Below, in pieces: positions 17,525 to 27,525 of a DNA stretch of 58,446 nucleotides. The notes under the pieces are model-generated. The model was not told the DNA's origin and did not search any database. It saw nothing but the letters and a program-made list of their open reading frames with translations. The position numbers and the translations under genes were made by a program. Source of the stretch: Candidatus Zixiibacteriota bacterium (lineage in GTDB: Bacteria; Zixibacteria; MSB-5A5; UM-FILTER-46-8). Position 1 is the first letter of the stretch; each line of letters opens with the position of its first letter. The DNA lies in the NCBI GenBank assembly GCA_014730345.1, contig WJIJ01000086.1:1-58446 (forward strand). Reading direction: 5' to 3'.

Positions 17525-19488
17525 GGCGGTTTTTAACTCCCATATCGATATTATTCTTTATTTCGGGGGCATTTCTTTACACCAGGACTCCTGATATTGG
17601 TCCCAACCTGCCCTTATTCTATAGCGGTTTTATCCTTTCCTCGGCCGGCTACCTCGGATTGCTTTACAGGGGATTGCCGCGGAAAAAGTTTGCATGGTGG
17701 GGGCTACTTTTCCTTCTGATTTTCCTGCCCCGGATATTCGCGCTGAACCTGACTCCCTCCGATGATATCCCCCGTTACATCTGGGAAGGACGGGTTTTGC
17801 TCGAAGGTTACAGCCCGTACTCTGTCTCGCCCGATGACCCGCGGTTGATTGAGCTCCGCGATGAAAGCTTTTGTTTAATCAATCATAAAGATATGCCCGC
17901 TATCTACCCGCCTTTGACGCAGTATATTTTCACGGCGGTTTCCGTGGCAACCCGAAGTGTTTATGATTACCGCCTGTTTGTGCTGTTGATTGAAATTATA
18001 TCAATCGCGCTAATGCTGGTATGGTTAAAACTGGAACGACTTCCACTTGATAGAATCCTCATCTACGCCTTAAATCCGCTGGTAATAATCGGTATAGCAG
18101 GTCATGGGCATCTTGACCCGTTGCAAGTGGTAATATTAGCAGGCGGATTATATCTTTATTCGAAAGGAAAAACCGGCTCCGGTATGTTGATAGTTACCTT
18201 TGCCGGACTGATTAAATTCCTCGCCTTTTTCGCGCTTCCATTCATGGTCAAAAGGCGTACCCTGAAGCACTTACCGCTATGCGCACTGACTGTCATTGTC
18301 TCTTACCTGCCATTCTTCTTCCTCAAGGGCGGTTTCAGTTTCGGAAATATGAGGATTTACGTCGGCGAGTTCGAATACTATTCCCTAACATTCGCCATCC
18401 TGCGCTGGCTTGCGGGAACGGCGGGGGCGCATGTCATTACTGCCGTAATCCTCTTTGCAGTTATGGCATCGCTTTATCTTACCCGCACAAAAATAGAACA
18501 TGCGATGTTGCCATTTCTATTTTTGGTCACTTTGATGAGTACGACAGTTCATTACTGGTATATTATCCCTCTTCTTGCTTTGAGTATCGTTGCCAAATCC
18601 CGCCCGTTGATAGCGTTGTCGCTACTGTTTATGCCCTATTTCGATGTGTTCGAAAAATTCACTAACGAGGGTATTTGGGAAGGGGAATGGTGGCGGCAGT
18701 TTGCTACCTATGTGCCATTCCTGGTTATCTTCTGGTTAGAGAAGAGCGGACGTTGGTTTAAAACAGGCGCAAGGAAGTATTCCCTGGGAGTGGTTATTCC
18801 CGCATTGAATGATGAAGCGCATTTGCGTAAACTGTTTAAATCGATAGAAAAATCGGACATAGACCCAAGCAAAATCGTGGTTGTAGATGGAGGAAGTAAT
18901 GATAATAGCGTGGAAGTTGCCGAGAAATGGGGAACAACGGTTATTAAAAGCGCTACCCGGGGCAGGGGAAATCAAATCGCGGAAGGGATTAGCAAACTGG
19001 ATACCGAACTTGTCTTAATAGTACACGCCGATAATGAAGTACCTTCGGATATAAGAAGGAGAATAGTAAACGCCGCCAACGCCTATCAGGATTCCGCGGG
19101 AGGATCATGCCGCATGGAGTATGACCCGGGAAGTATAAAATCGAAACTCCTCGCTGTTTTAAGTAATGCCAAGACTGCTTTATTGGGATTGAGTTTTGGG
19201 GACTCGGGACAGTGGTTTCATAAAAGCAGGATAGAGTTTCCGGCTTTGCCATTGATGGAGGATGTCGAGTTGGCAATCAGGATAAATGACCGGGGGCATT
19301 CGGTATGGACTCCATGCAAGTTGACTGTTTCAACCCGCCGTTACGCGAGAAAAGGATTTATACCAGTCGCCTTATCCGTGATCGCCCGAACCTCTAAATA
19401 TCTTTTTCAGAGACGGTGGTACGATAAAATCCCCGATACAAAAAGTATGTATAAGGAGTATTACGCTAATGCACCGGGTAAGAGTTAA
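17521..19488 (+). CDS. Fusion: GT-C (GT87/DUF2029-like) polytopic domain plus C-terminal TIGR04283-like GT2 domain
   Basis: N-part SDDIPRYIWEG, IYPPL, ALNPL...GHLD; C-part VVIPALNDE, VDGGSND, GRGNQ, VHAD, LMEDVEL; ATGA overlap with the upstream gene. Confidence 0.78.
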   Translation: MRRFLTPISILFFISGAFLYTRTPDIGPNLPLFYSGFILSSAGYLGLLYRGLPRKKFAWWGLLFLLIFLPRIFALNLTPSDDIPRYIWEGRVLLEGYSPYSVSPDDPRLIELRDESFCLINHKDMPAIYPPLTQYIFTAVSVATRSVYDYRLFVLLIEIISIALMLVWLKLERLPLDRILIYALNPLVIIGIAGHGHLDPLQVVILAGGLYLYSKGKTGSGMLIVTFAGLIKFLAFFALPFMVKRRTLKHLPLCALTVIVSYLPFFFLKGGFSFGNMRIYVGEFEYYSLTFAILRWLAGTAGAHVITAVILFAVMASLYLTRTKIEHAMLPFLFLVTLMSTTVHYWYIIPLLALSIVAKSRPLIALSLLFMPYFDVFEKFTNEGIWEGEWWRQFATYVPFLVIFWLEKSGRWFKTGARKYSLGVVIPALNDEAHLRKLFKSIEKSDIDPSKIVVVDGGSNDNSVEVAEKWGTTVIKSATRGRGNQIAEGISKLDTELVLIVHADNEVPSDIRRRIVNAANAYQDSAGGSCRMEYDPGSIKSKLLAVLSNAKTALLGLSFGDSGQWFHKSRIEFPALPLMEDVELAIRINDRGHSVWTPCKLTVSTRRYARKGFIPVALSVIARTSKYLFQRRWYDKIPDTKSMYKEYYANAPGKS

Positions 19489-20219
19489 TCGGCAGGCTTT
19501 TCCTCTGAGGGAATGTCCTCTACAATACGGTAATCGTAATAATCGCCGCCGAGTTTGAAACTGATATCCACTATTCCCAACAGCGCCTTCACCCTGCCGA
19601 CCATGTTGAAAGTGGAGGGGACGTAGGCCCCGTTTTCGAGTTTTTGGAAATTTAAAGTGATGTGCGCTTCCTTCAGCTTTTCCGGGCGGGGGATTACGAA
19701 ATCCATGTGTTCCACCCTGAAATCTTCCTTGTCGATATGATACACACCATCAACCTGTCCTTTATCAGGCTTTTCCGTCCTGGGTTTTACCGAAATGATA
19801 TAGGATGTATCAGTTTCCCCGATTAGCTGGTAGTTGTATGCTGGATCCCCGATTTCCAACTTTGCCCCGAAATTCTCCTTGTTATCTTTATCTTTTTTGT
19901 CTTTCTGTTGCCGCTTTTTAGCATCCTCGCTGGTGGCATAAGATATCCTGCGTTCTATCTCTTCCTCGCCCCGTATAGTAACGACCGAAATAACCGTATC
20001 AACCTCTTCATACTTCCCTTCATTGTCAATTTTACCGGAAACAATTTTCTCGGTAAACTGGTATGCGATATCTTTCCATTTTTCCTTCTCTTCTTCCGAG
20101 TTGGCTTTAGTTTTTGCAATTATTTCATCCACGGTTAAATCCGCGCACATGGCCCGATGGTTTTGTGTCGGAATCAAACTAACCGCGAGGCTTAGAAAGA
20201 TAAGCAAGTACCGCATCAT
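19485..20219 (-). CDS. Hypothetical exported protein (possible LolA/LolB-like beta-sheet fold)
   Basis: Signal peptide, beta-strand periodicity, overlaps both neighbours; no diagnostic motif. Confidence 0.65.
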   Translation of the reverse strand: MMRYLLIFLSLAVSLIPTQNHRAMCADLTVDEIIAKTKANSEEEKEKWKDIAYQFTEKIVSGKIDNEGKYEEVDTVISVVTIRGEEEIERRISYATSEDAKKRQQKDKKDKDNKENFGAKLEIGDPAYNYQLIGETDTSYIISVKPRTEKPDKGQVDGVYHIDKEDFRVEHMDFVIPRPEKLKEAHITLNFQKLENGAYVPSTFNMVGRVKALLGIVDISFKLGGDYYDYRIVEDIPSEEKPAD

Positions 20220-20926
20220 TTTTCTCCGCTCTTATTAAGTTCACCTTCAAAGAAGGGTATTTTATTTATAATTCTTACGGTCTCCGGTATATTCTCTCGC
20301 GCCGCGCGGGTCATCCTGCCGATATCATCAATCAGCCGGCGGAGGTCATCGATTGTATCGACATCGTTTCGGAGTTTCAATTCGTATAAATTTATGCTGA
20401 GTTCCTTAATCCTGCTTAAAGTAGAACTATAGACTCCCGACGAGCCCCAATCGATATCCTCGAATAACTGTTGATAGGCATGTTTAAGCCCTATCAGGTA
20501 ATAACCGCCGTCCTCCGCCGGACCGAGAACTATACCATCGGTTTCCAGAGCTTTAAAAGCTTCGCCTATATCGGCAATATCAATGGTGGGCACATCACTG
20601 CCTATTATTACCGCTTTTTCATATCCCTCGTTAAATAGCTCTGCGAAGGCGTTGAGCATTCTCTCTCCGAGATTTTCGCCCTGTTGAGGACGTAATTCCA
20701 CTTCGAAAGTAGCCCAAAAGCTATCAACGATGTTGCTATGATAAAGGTAAACGTAGAAATCATAATATTCGCTTCCTTTTAGTTTATCCAGCAGGTCTCT
20801 AATGAACGCCTTGTAAAGATTCGCCGACTGATCTTCATTCAAGTGCGGGGTTAAACGGGTTTTACATTCTCCCGGCACAGGGTCCCTGGCGAACATTACT
20901 AATACATTTTTACTCTTCCTGGTCAT
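20216..20926 (-). CDS. TIGR04282 family (DUF2064, CofC-like) transferase
   Basis: FARDPVPGECKTRL, QQGENLGERM, IIGSDVP, LGPAEDGGYYLIG, DVDTIDDL. Confidence 0.9.
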   Translation of the reverse strand: MTRKSKNVLVMFARDPVPGECKTRLTPHLNEDQSANLYKAFIRDLLDKLKGSEYYDFYVYLYHSNIVDSFWATFEVELRPQQGENLGERMLNAFAELFNEGYEKAVIIGSDVPTIDIADIGEAFKALETDGIVLGPAEDGGYYLIGLKHAYQQLFEDIDWGSSGVYSSTLSRIKELSINLYELKLRNDVDTIDDLRRLIDDIGRMTRAARENIPETVRIINKIPFFEGELNKSGEK

Positions 20927-21746
20927 TTAAGGTCCAATCGTAATCATAATATTTTATTTTGGGTTTGTTATTAATTATATAGGATGACAAATTTTCATCA
21001 GCGTAATTTATTATATAGTATAACAACCACCGTTCCTTATCTTTATAGTCCGAAAGCTGAGGGGGATTCGCGTCGGTTTTAAAATCATCAGCGTACCATT
21101 TGAAAATCTCTGAAAGCTCTACAGTATTTACCTCACGGTTAATCCGCACCCCGCCTTTCTCATTAATAAACTGCCTGGTTGCTATTTTTAGCTGATAATC
21201 GAGGGAATCGGGATTGAAAGCGTAGCTTTGCAGTGGAGGACATCCTATGGAGGCGCAAACCAAAGCGAAATGAATCTCCGGTTTATAGAATCTTTTACGG
21301 ATTATCTCATGCTCTATCTTATCGAGGGAAATATCTTCCCCCATCACTTCCGACCAACTCTTCTTCCAGAAATCGGAAATCTGGCGGATACTGCTTTTGG
21401 GAAAACGTAACCTGGAGACCAGGGAACCATAGCCGATAGGGTAATTCTCGATAACCCCAAATATGGTTATGGCGTTATAGGCGTTTATCCAGAAAGCCAG
21501 CCGTTCATTTTCTTCCCAGTTCACAAATTCATGTTTGTTTACGTGTTTAAGTTTATCGAGATAAATATTCAAAAGCCGTGGATTCTCTTTGATACCGCTG
21601 TAATCTACCCGGCCATTGCTGACATATTCTTTAAGCAGGCTGTCATAATGGGCATGACTGAATTCACCGGCGTTGATACATGGGCTAAACAACGCAATAA
21701 AGGCAATTATGAGTATTACTTGAAATCGTCTCATTTTCTTATCCAA
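20910..21746 (-). CDS. DUF547 domain exported protein
   Basis: LAFWINAYNA, SLDKIEH, IHFALVCASIGCP, LSEIFKWY..DF, YDWTLN. Confidence 0.9.
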   Translation of the reverse strand: MDKKMRRFQVILIIAFIALFSPCINAGEFSHAHYDSLLKEYVSNGRVDYSGIKENPRLLNIYLDKLKHVNKHEFVNWEENERLAFWINAYNAITIFGVIENYPIGYGSLVSRLRFPKSSIRQISDFWKKSWSEVMGEDISLDKIEHEIIRKRFYKPEIHFALVCASIGCPPLQSYAFNPDSLDYQLKIATRQFINEKGGVRINREVNTVELSEIFKWYADDFKTDANPPQLSDYKDKERWLLYYIINYADENLSSYIINNKPKIKYYDYDWTLNDQEE

Positions 21747-22425
21747 ACTTGTAAAATTTCGCCAGGTATGCGGGAGAAACTCCCAGCCTGTAAGCGAGTT
21801 TCAAGAGGTTGTTTCTTACATAAACTTTGATAATCCCTTCTTTGCGCCATCGTCTACTGGATGTTTCCATCGGGTCTTTCAGGATTACCACTTTGCCCTG
21901 CCTTTTTAACCGTTTGCAGAAATCCATATCCTCCATAAGAGGTATATTCTTGAACCCGCCGATTTTTTTGAAAACTTCTTCGCGTACGAATATTCCCATA
22001 TCACCATATAGCGTTTTTTTCAACCGGTTTTTCAAATTTGAAGTCGATTGCAGGTATTTCATTAACCTTGGAAAATTATCCAGCTTCCAGTAAAAACCGC
22101 CTCCAACTACGCTTTTATCTTCAAGCGCTTTCCTGATAGAATGAATTGAAGTTTTAGAAGGTTTACAGTCGGCGTGGACAAACCACAGGATATCTCCACT
22201 GGCAATCCGCGCTCCGGCGTTCATCTGGGAGCCCCGGCCCCTTTCCGCGGTGATTGAATGGGCATGTTTGCGCGCCAGCTCTATGGTACTATCAGCGCTT
22301 CCACCGTCGACAACAATAATTTCCGCCGAATCATCAAGCGAACGAAGATATTCAAGCTGATTTTGGATAATGCCCGCTTCGTTTAATGCTGGTACAATTA
22401 TAGATACCGATAATTTGTCGCCCAA
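21739..22425 (-). CDS. TIGR04283 family GT2 glycosyltransferase
   Basis: IIVPALNEA, VDGGSAD, GRGSQMNAGA, FVHAD, YGDMGIFV, LMEDMDF, TSSRRW. Confidence 0.9.
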   Translation of the reverse strand: MGDKLSVSIIVPALNEAGIIQNQLEYLRSLDDSAEIIVVDGGSADSTIELARKHAHSITAERGRGSQMNAGARIASGDILWFVHADCKPSKTSIHSIRKALEDKSVVGGGFYWKLDNFPRLMKYLQSTSNLKNRLKKTLYGDMGIFVREEVFKKIGGFKNIPLMEDMDFCKRLKRQGKVVILKDPMETSSRRWRKEGIIKVYVRNNLLKLAYRLGVSPAYLAKFYKFG

Positions 22426-22625
22426 TAGATTTCCTCGCTGTAAACTAAATACAATTCATTGCCATGTATGTAATAAGACGGTAAAACTGCCACCTTTGTT
22501 CCCGGCAAAAAGAAATGGCGGAATTAAAGAAAAAAATTGATTTGATAATCGCGATTGGCGCGTATAAATTAAATCAGTCGAACAATTAGAAAGGTTGGAA
22601 TCTAATATAACAGGAGAGTAGCATT

Positions 22626-24527
22626 ATGGCCAAAAGTGTAAAAGCCTTTAAAACCGAAGTACAACAGCTATTAAACCTGGTTATTAATTCATTATATTCC
22701 AAGAAGGAGATTTTCCTTAGGGAATTGATTTCCAACGCGTCGGATGCCATCGACCGTGTCCGCTTCGAAGCTCTCACCGATGATAGCCTCCTGCAGGGCG
22801 ACAGCGATTTTAAGATTAAGATTATACCTGATAAAGATAGGCACACATTGACTATTACCGATAACGGGATCGGTATGAATCGCGAAGAAGTTGAAAACAA
22901 TATCGGCACCATAGCCAACTCCGGCACCCGGCAGTTTTTAGAGCGGATTCAGCATGCTAAAGACGGCGATAAGCTGGAGTTCATCGGCCAGTTCGGTGTG
23001 GGATTTTACTCGGCATTTATGGTCGCCGACAGGGTAGAACTACTTACCAAACGCGCGGGAGAGAACCAGCGGGCGGTAAAATGGGAATCCTCGGGAAGCG
23101 GTGAGTATACAATCGAGGATGCCGAAAAGGAAAGCCGGGGAACCGTGATTACCCTGCACCTGCGTGAGGGGATGGATGAATACCTCGACGAGTGGCGTGT
23201 AAGGTCTATCATCACCGATTATTCCGATTATATCTCATTTCCAATTGTGATGGATGTAACCCGCAGGGAGAAGGAAGGGGACGAAGAAGTGGAGAAAACT
23301 GTGGAGGAAACGCTCAACTCCATGAAGTCTATCTGGAAAAAGGCTAAGGATGAAATCAGCCGGGAAGAATACAACGAGTTCTATAAACATATTAGCCATG
23401 ATTTCAGCGAGCCCCTGAAGGTCATACACTATGCCGCCGAGGGAACCACCGAGTTCAAAGCCCTGCTTTTTATCCCCTCGCAGGCTCCATTTGACATGAT
23501 GATGCCCGATATGCGCAAGGGCATACACCTGTATGTCAAAAACGTTTTCATAACCGATGACTGCAAAGAACTCCTGCCCGATTATCTCCGGTTTATCCGG
23601 GGCGTGGTCGACTCCAGCGACCTGCCGCTGAACATTTCCCGGGAGATGTTCCAGGATGACGCGATCATCAAGCGCATTCACAAAAGCCTTGTGGGGAAAA
23701 TCTTGAATACGCTCAAAGAGATGATGGATAAAGAGCGCGAGGACTACCTTAAGTTCTACAGCGCTTTCGGCAAAATAATAAAGGAAGGCCTTTATTTCGA
23801 TTTCGAAAACCAGGATAAGCTCAAAGAACTGGTGTTGTATCAATCAACGGCTAACGAGGATGGAAAGCTGGTTAGTCTGCGCGAGTATGTGGACCGGATG
23901 CCCGAAAAGCAGAAGGATATTTATTACATCACCGGCGAAAACCTTGAATCGGTTCGCAACTCACCCTACCTGGAGATATTTAAAGAGAAGGGATACGAAG
24001 TTCTGTTCTTTACCGACCAGATTGATGAATTCGTAATCCAAAGGCTGTTCGAATATGACAAAAAGAAACTCGTCCCTGTCCATCGCGGCGAACTCGACCT
24101 TGATACTGATGAGGAAAAGAAGGAAAAAGAAGAAAAGCTCAAGGAATCTCAAAAAGAGTATGAACCTCTGCTGAAGTTTATCCACAAGCATCTTGAAGAG
24201 GATGTGAAGGAAGTAAAATTCTCTAACCGCCTGACTGATTCGGTTTGCTGTCTGGTTGCCGAGGACAGTATGGGGGCGGGCATGGAAAAGCTCTTGAAAG
24301 CCATGAACAAAGACGTTCCGCCGTCAAAGAGGGTGCTTGAACTCAATCCCGGTCATCCGCTTTTATCCAGGATGAAAGGATATTACGACGAGGACGAAAA
24401 CAGCGAACGTCTGAAAGACTATATTGAACTTATCCACGACCAGGCGCTCATATCGGCAGGCTCAACTCCCAAAAATCCAACAAGGTTTACGAAGCTGATC
24501 AGCGAGCTGATGGTCAACTCGGATTAA
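22626..24527 (+). CDS. htpG: Molecular chaperone HtpG (Hsp90)
   Basis: [62 protein letters not shown]. Confidence 0.97.
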   Translation: MAKSVKAFKTEVQQLLNLVINSLYSKKEIFLRELISNASDAIDRVRFEALTDDSLLQGDSDFKIKIIPDKDRHTLTITDNGIGMNREEVENNIGTIANSGTRQFLERIQHAKDGDKLEFIGQFGVGFYSAFMVADRVELLTKRAGENQRAVKWESSGSGEYTIEDAEKESRGTVITLHLREGMDEYLDEWRVRSIITDYSDYISFPIVMDVTRREKEGDEEVEKTVEETLNSMKSIWKKAKDEISREEYNEFYKHISHDFSEPLKVIHYAAEGTTEFKALLFIPSQAPFDMMMPDMRKGIHLYVKNVFITDDCKELLPDYLRFIRGVVDSSDLPLNISREMFQDDAIIKRIHKSLVGKILNTLKEMMDKEREDYLKFYSAFGKIIKEGLYFDFENQDKLKELVLYQSTANEDGKLVSLREYVDRMPEKQKDIYYITGENLESVRNSPYLEIFKEKGYEVLFFTDQIDEFVIQRLFEYDKKKLVPVHRGELDLDTDEEKKEKEEKLKESQKEYEPLLKFIHKHLEEDVKEVKFSNRLTDSVCCLVAEDSMGAGMEKLLKAMNKDVPPSKRVLELNPGHPLLSRMKGYYDEDENSERLKDYIELIHDQALISAGSTPKNPTRFTKLISELMVNSD

Positions 24528-24764
24528 TACTTAACTCCAACGTAGTCCACATAATAAATTAGCCATTGACGGCGGTTTCGTTACTGGTTTAATTAATCCT
24601 GTAAATGGGTCCCGCTAAAATAATTGTGGATATATATATCCGCATTCCGTATAATTTCCGGGAACAAGATTAGACTTGCTTAGTTTTATCCTGCTATCTA
24701 TAGGGCAAATAATAATCGGGCGGAATATCCGCGTTTTTCATTTTTAAAGAAAGGAAACAAATAG

Positions 24765-25580
24765 ATGGAAATGGAGAAGGTTTTTGACCAGTTGGTAGTT
24801 TTTGCCACGGAGTACGGATTGAAAGTAATCGGCGCGATTATAATATTAATCGTCGGTCGGATTATTGCGGGAATGATGAAGAAGTTCATGGTCAGGATGT
24901 TAAACAAAAGCAATACCGATCCCACAATAGTTTCTTTCGCCGGAAGCCTGGTATACATCCTGGTTATTACATTTACCATACTCGCCGTATTATCCAAGTT
25001 CGGTATTGAAACCGCCTCGATTATCGCGGTGTTAGGCGCCGCCGGTTTTGCAGTCGGTTTCGCGTTACAGGGTTCGCTGGCCAATTTCGCCGCGGGATTA
25101 CTGGTGCTGGTATTTAGACACTACAAGATCGGCGATTACATCAGCGCGGCCGGCGTCGCCGGTACCGTTAAGGAGATACGCCTGTTTTCTACGGTGCTGG
25201 CCACTCCCGACAATGTACAGATCATCGTCCCCAGCGGAAAAATATTCGGCGATATCATCATGAACTACTCCGCCAATGATACCCGCAGAATAGACCTGGT
25301 AATAGGAATCGGTTATGGTTCAGACATAGGCAAAGCGCTTGAGGTAATGACCACCGTGCTTAAAGAGGATGACAGGGTTCTCGAGGATCCCGCCTACCAG
25401 GTAGCTGTTTCCGAACTCGCCGACTCGAGCGTCAACCTCGTAGTCAGGCCCTGGGTGAATTCTTCCGACTATTGGGGGGCCCGCTTCGATTTAACCCGGA
25501 AGATTAAAGAACAACTCGACGCCAACGGCATCGAGATTCCATTCCCGCAGAGAGTTGTCCACATGACCCAGGAAAATTAA
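24765..25580 (+). CDS. mscS: Small-conductance mechanosensitive channel
   Basis: LGAAGFAVGFALQGSLANFAAG, GDYI, NYS....RRIDL..GIGY, IPFPQR. Confidence 0.93.
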   Translation: MEMEKVFDQLVVFATEYGLKVIGAIIILIVGRIIAGMMKKFMVRMLNKSNTDPTIVSFAGSLVYILVITFTILAVLSKFGIETASIIAVLGAAGFAVGFALQGSLANFAAGLLVLVFRHYKIGDYISAAGVAGTVKEIRLFSTVLATPDNVQIIVPSGKIFGDIIMNYSANDTRRIDLVIGIGYGSDIGKALEVMTTVLKEDDRVLEDPAYQVAVSELADSSVNLVVRPWVNSSDYWGARFDLTRKIKEQLDANGIEIPFPQRVVHMTQEN

Positions 25581-25621
25581 CCCGGATAAAAGCTGTTCTG
25601 CAATTCTATTTAAAAGGAAAG

Positions 25622-25644
25622 GGGCGGGGAATATATCCCCGCCC
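25622..25644. terminator. Terminator between convergent mscS and phosphoesterase genes
   Basis: gggcgggga-atata-tccccgccc preceded by an A-rich run (T tract on the minus strand). Confidence 0.75.
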
Positions 25645-25665
25645 GTTGTGGATTGCCGAGAAGGA

Positions 25666-27483
25666 TTACTTTACCATAGTCATACGTTTTGTGAAAACTT
25701 TGCCTTCGGCATTGAGAGTATAGAAATAGATTCCGCTGGCATGTTTGGTGCCGTCCCAATCCACGAAGTGCTGACCGGCGTTGATATTGCCTTCAACCAG
25801 GGTTTCGACAAGCTGACCGGCAAGGTTGTAGATTTTTAAAGTTACAAAACCATCACGGGGAGCGTCGAACTCGATAACGGTCGACGAGTTGAATGGATTC
25901 GGATAATTAGTACCCAGCGAGTACTCGGTGGGCACCATTTCGTAATCCTGCTTTTCTACGGTTCCCCAGCCGTAAGCCTGCCAGGAATCGCCGTCGCCTG
26001 CAATCGGCGGGACAATTGTAAACTCGAATGAGGAAGAATCGAGCTTAACTGAAGGATAGATGCCGGCATACGAAATGTACTCATATACGCCTGAAGGGGC
26101 GCCGGCCGGTATGGTCTGGACCACATTGGGTACTGACAGCGATTGAAATGGCGCGAGAGGAACTCCGCCGATCTGGAGAGTCGGTCCATAATATGTTCCC
26201 CACGGGGCTTTGACCATTGTCCATACGCCGCCGGTGGTCTGGTTGCCGGTGTTGTTTATTAATGTTCCGGTAAAGGTGAACGAACCGCCGGGATTCACGG
26301 TAACCGGGGGATAATCCGGCACCATGTTTACCGTAACAGGGTTTGATGGATACCTGTTGATGGTAAAACTTTCGATGATATCGCCGCCTTTTTTAACGGA
26401 TTCGAAGTAGAGATTATTACCTTCAATGCTGATTTTGCTGATATGATGGCTCATGCTTGTTTTTACAACATTCGGATACCAGGGCCAGGGCGGGTAGAGC
26501 GGACCGCCGCCGCCGGCGGTGGTGATATGCTGGATTCCATTTACAACCGCCCGGGCGTAGAAATGGCAATGCCCCGCGAATATCATACAAACATCATACT
26601 GCTCGAGCAGGGGCTGAATATAATTCTGGATGTCTTCATTATTATCGTGTCCTCCGGCGGACCATCCGGGTTCATGGAAGGTGGCAAATTTCCACAGCTT
26701 ATCAGTCGATGATAAGTCATCGATTATCCATTGGTGCTGTGCCGAACCCGGGGAATAATCGGTGTACTCGTCAATTACCGTGAAATGAGCCGGACCGTAA
26801 TCGAATGACCAGTATCTTCCGCCGCTTTCATGGGGATAGGGAAGGTACTTGTCGAAACAGTTGCCGGGGGTATCATGGTTGCCGTAGGTCGACTGAAATG
26901 GCAGGGTAGAGAGCATTTCATTTATGCTTTGATAACCTGTACCGAGCAGATGGTCGTCCCATTCCGATTCGCTGTCACCGTCATTTACGAGGTCGCCAAC
27001 CGAAATTATAAATGTCTGGAAATCAGGATCGGAATTGACTGTGGTCATGACCCGCTGGCAGACTTCGTCATGGGTCCCGGGGAATGTACGGGAATCACCG
27101 TAGGCGATAAACTTCAGATTAAGCTCATTCTCATGGGCGGCGGACCTGAAAGACCCCGTTTTAACATCTCCGCCGGCGGTTACCCTGTAGAGATAACGGG
27201 TACCCGGGGAGAGGTTGTTTATGGTGTAGGTGTGCTGATGATCACTGCCATATTCGGCAGTAACTTCGTTGCCCATACCGTAACCGGTGTCGGTGCCCCA
27301 TTCAATGGTACAACTCATGGTTGAGTTTAACTGCCACATGATTTTCATGCTGGTATTATCGTTTTCATAGATGCTGTATGGCCTTTTGCGGAAATTCTGC
27401 GCTTCGGCGGAAGCGGCCAGGACCACGAACATCATGGCAACCAGCAGTGTACCGATCAATACTTTTCCTGCGATTCTGTTCAT
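25666..27483 (-). CDS. Secreted metallophosphoesterase (purple acid phosphatase-like, FN3 N-terminus) with MIPD module and C-terminal sorting domain
   Basis: YGDSR, VGDLV, YGNHD, FHEP, AGHCH calcineurin-like motifs; NYPNPFN...KRMTMVK. Confidence 0.88.
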   Translation of the reverse strand: MNRIAGKVLIGTLLVAMMFVVLAASAEAQNFRKRPYSIYENDNTSMKIMWQLNSTMSCTIEWGTDTGYGMGNEVTAEYGSDHQHTYTINNLSPGTRYLYRVTAGGDVKTGSFRSAAHENELNLKFIAYGDSRTFPGTHDEVCQRVMTTVNSDPDFQTFIISVGDLVNDGDSESEWDDHLLGTGYQSINEMLSTLPFQSTYGNHDTPGNCFDKYLPYPHESGGRYWSFDYGPAHFTVIDEYTDYSPGSAQHQWIIDDLSSTDKLWKFATFHEPGWSAGGHDNNEDIQNYIQPLLEQYDVCMIFAGHCHFYARAVVNGIQHITTAGGGGPLYPPWPWYPNVVKTSMSHHISKISIEGNNLYFESVKKGGDIIESFTINRYPSNPVTVNMVPDYPPVTVNPGGSFTFTGTLINNTGNQTTGGVWTMVKAPWGTYYGPTLQIGGVPLAPFQSLSVPNVVQTIPAGAPSGVYEYISYAGIYPSVKLDSSSFEFTIVPPIAGDGDSWQAYGWGTVEKQDYEMVPTEYSLGTNYPNPFNSSTVIEFDAPRDGFVTLKIYNLAGQLVETLVEGNINAGQHFVDWDGTKHASGIYFYTLNAEGKVFTKRMTMVK

Positions 27484-27525
27484 TTTAAAACCTTTCGTTA
27501 AATTATAGCGATTGAAAATGTTGAC

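Noticed and set aside
22426-22625. CIRCE heat-shock operator upstream of htpG
   Set aside because: No TTAGCACTC-N9-GAGTGCTAA or near match.
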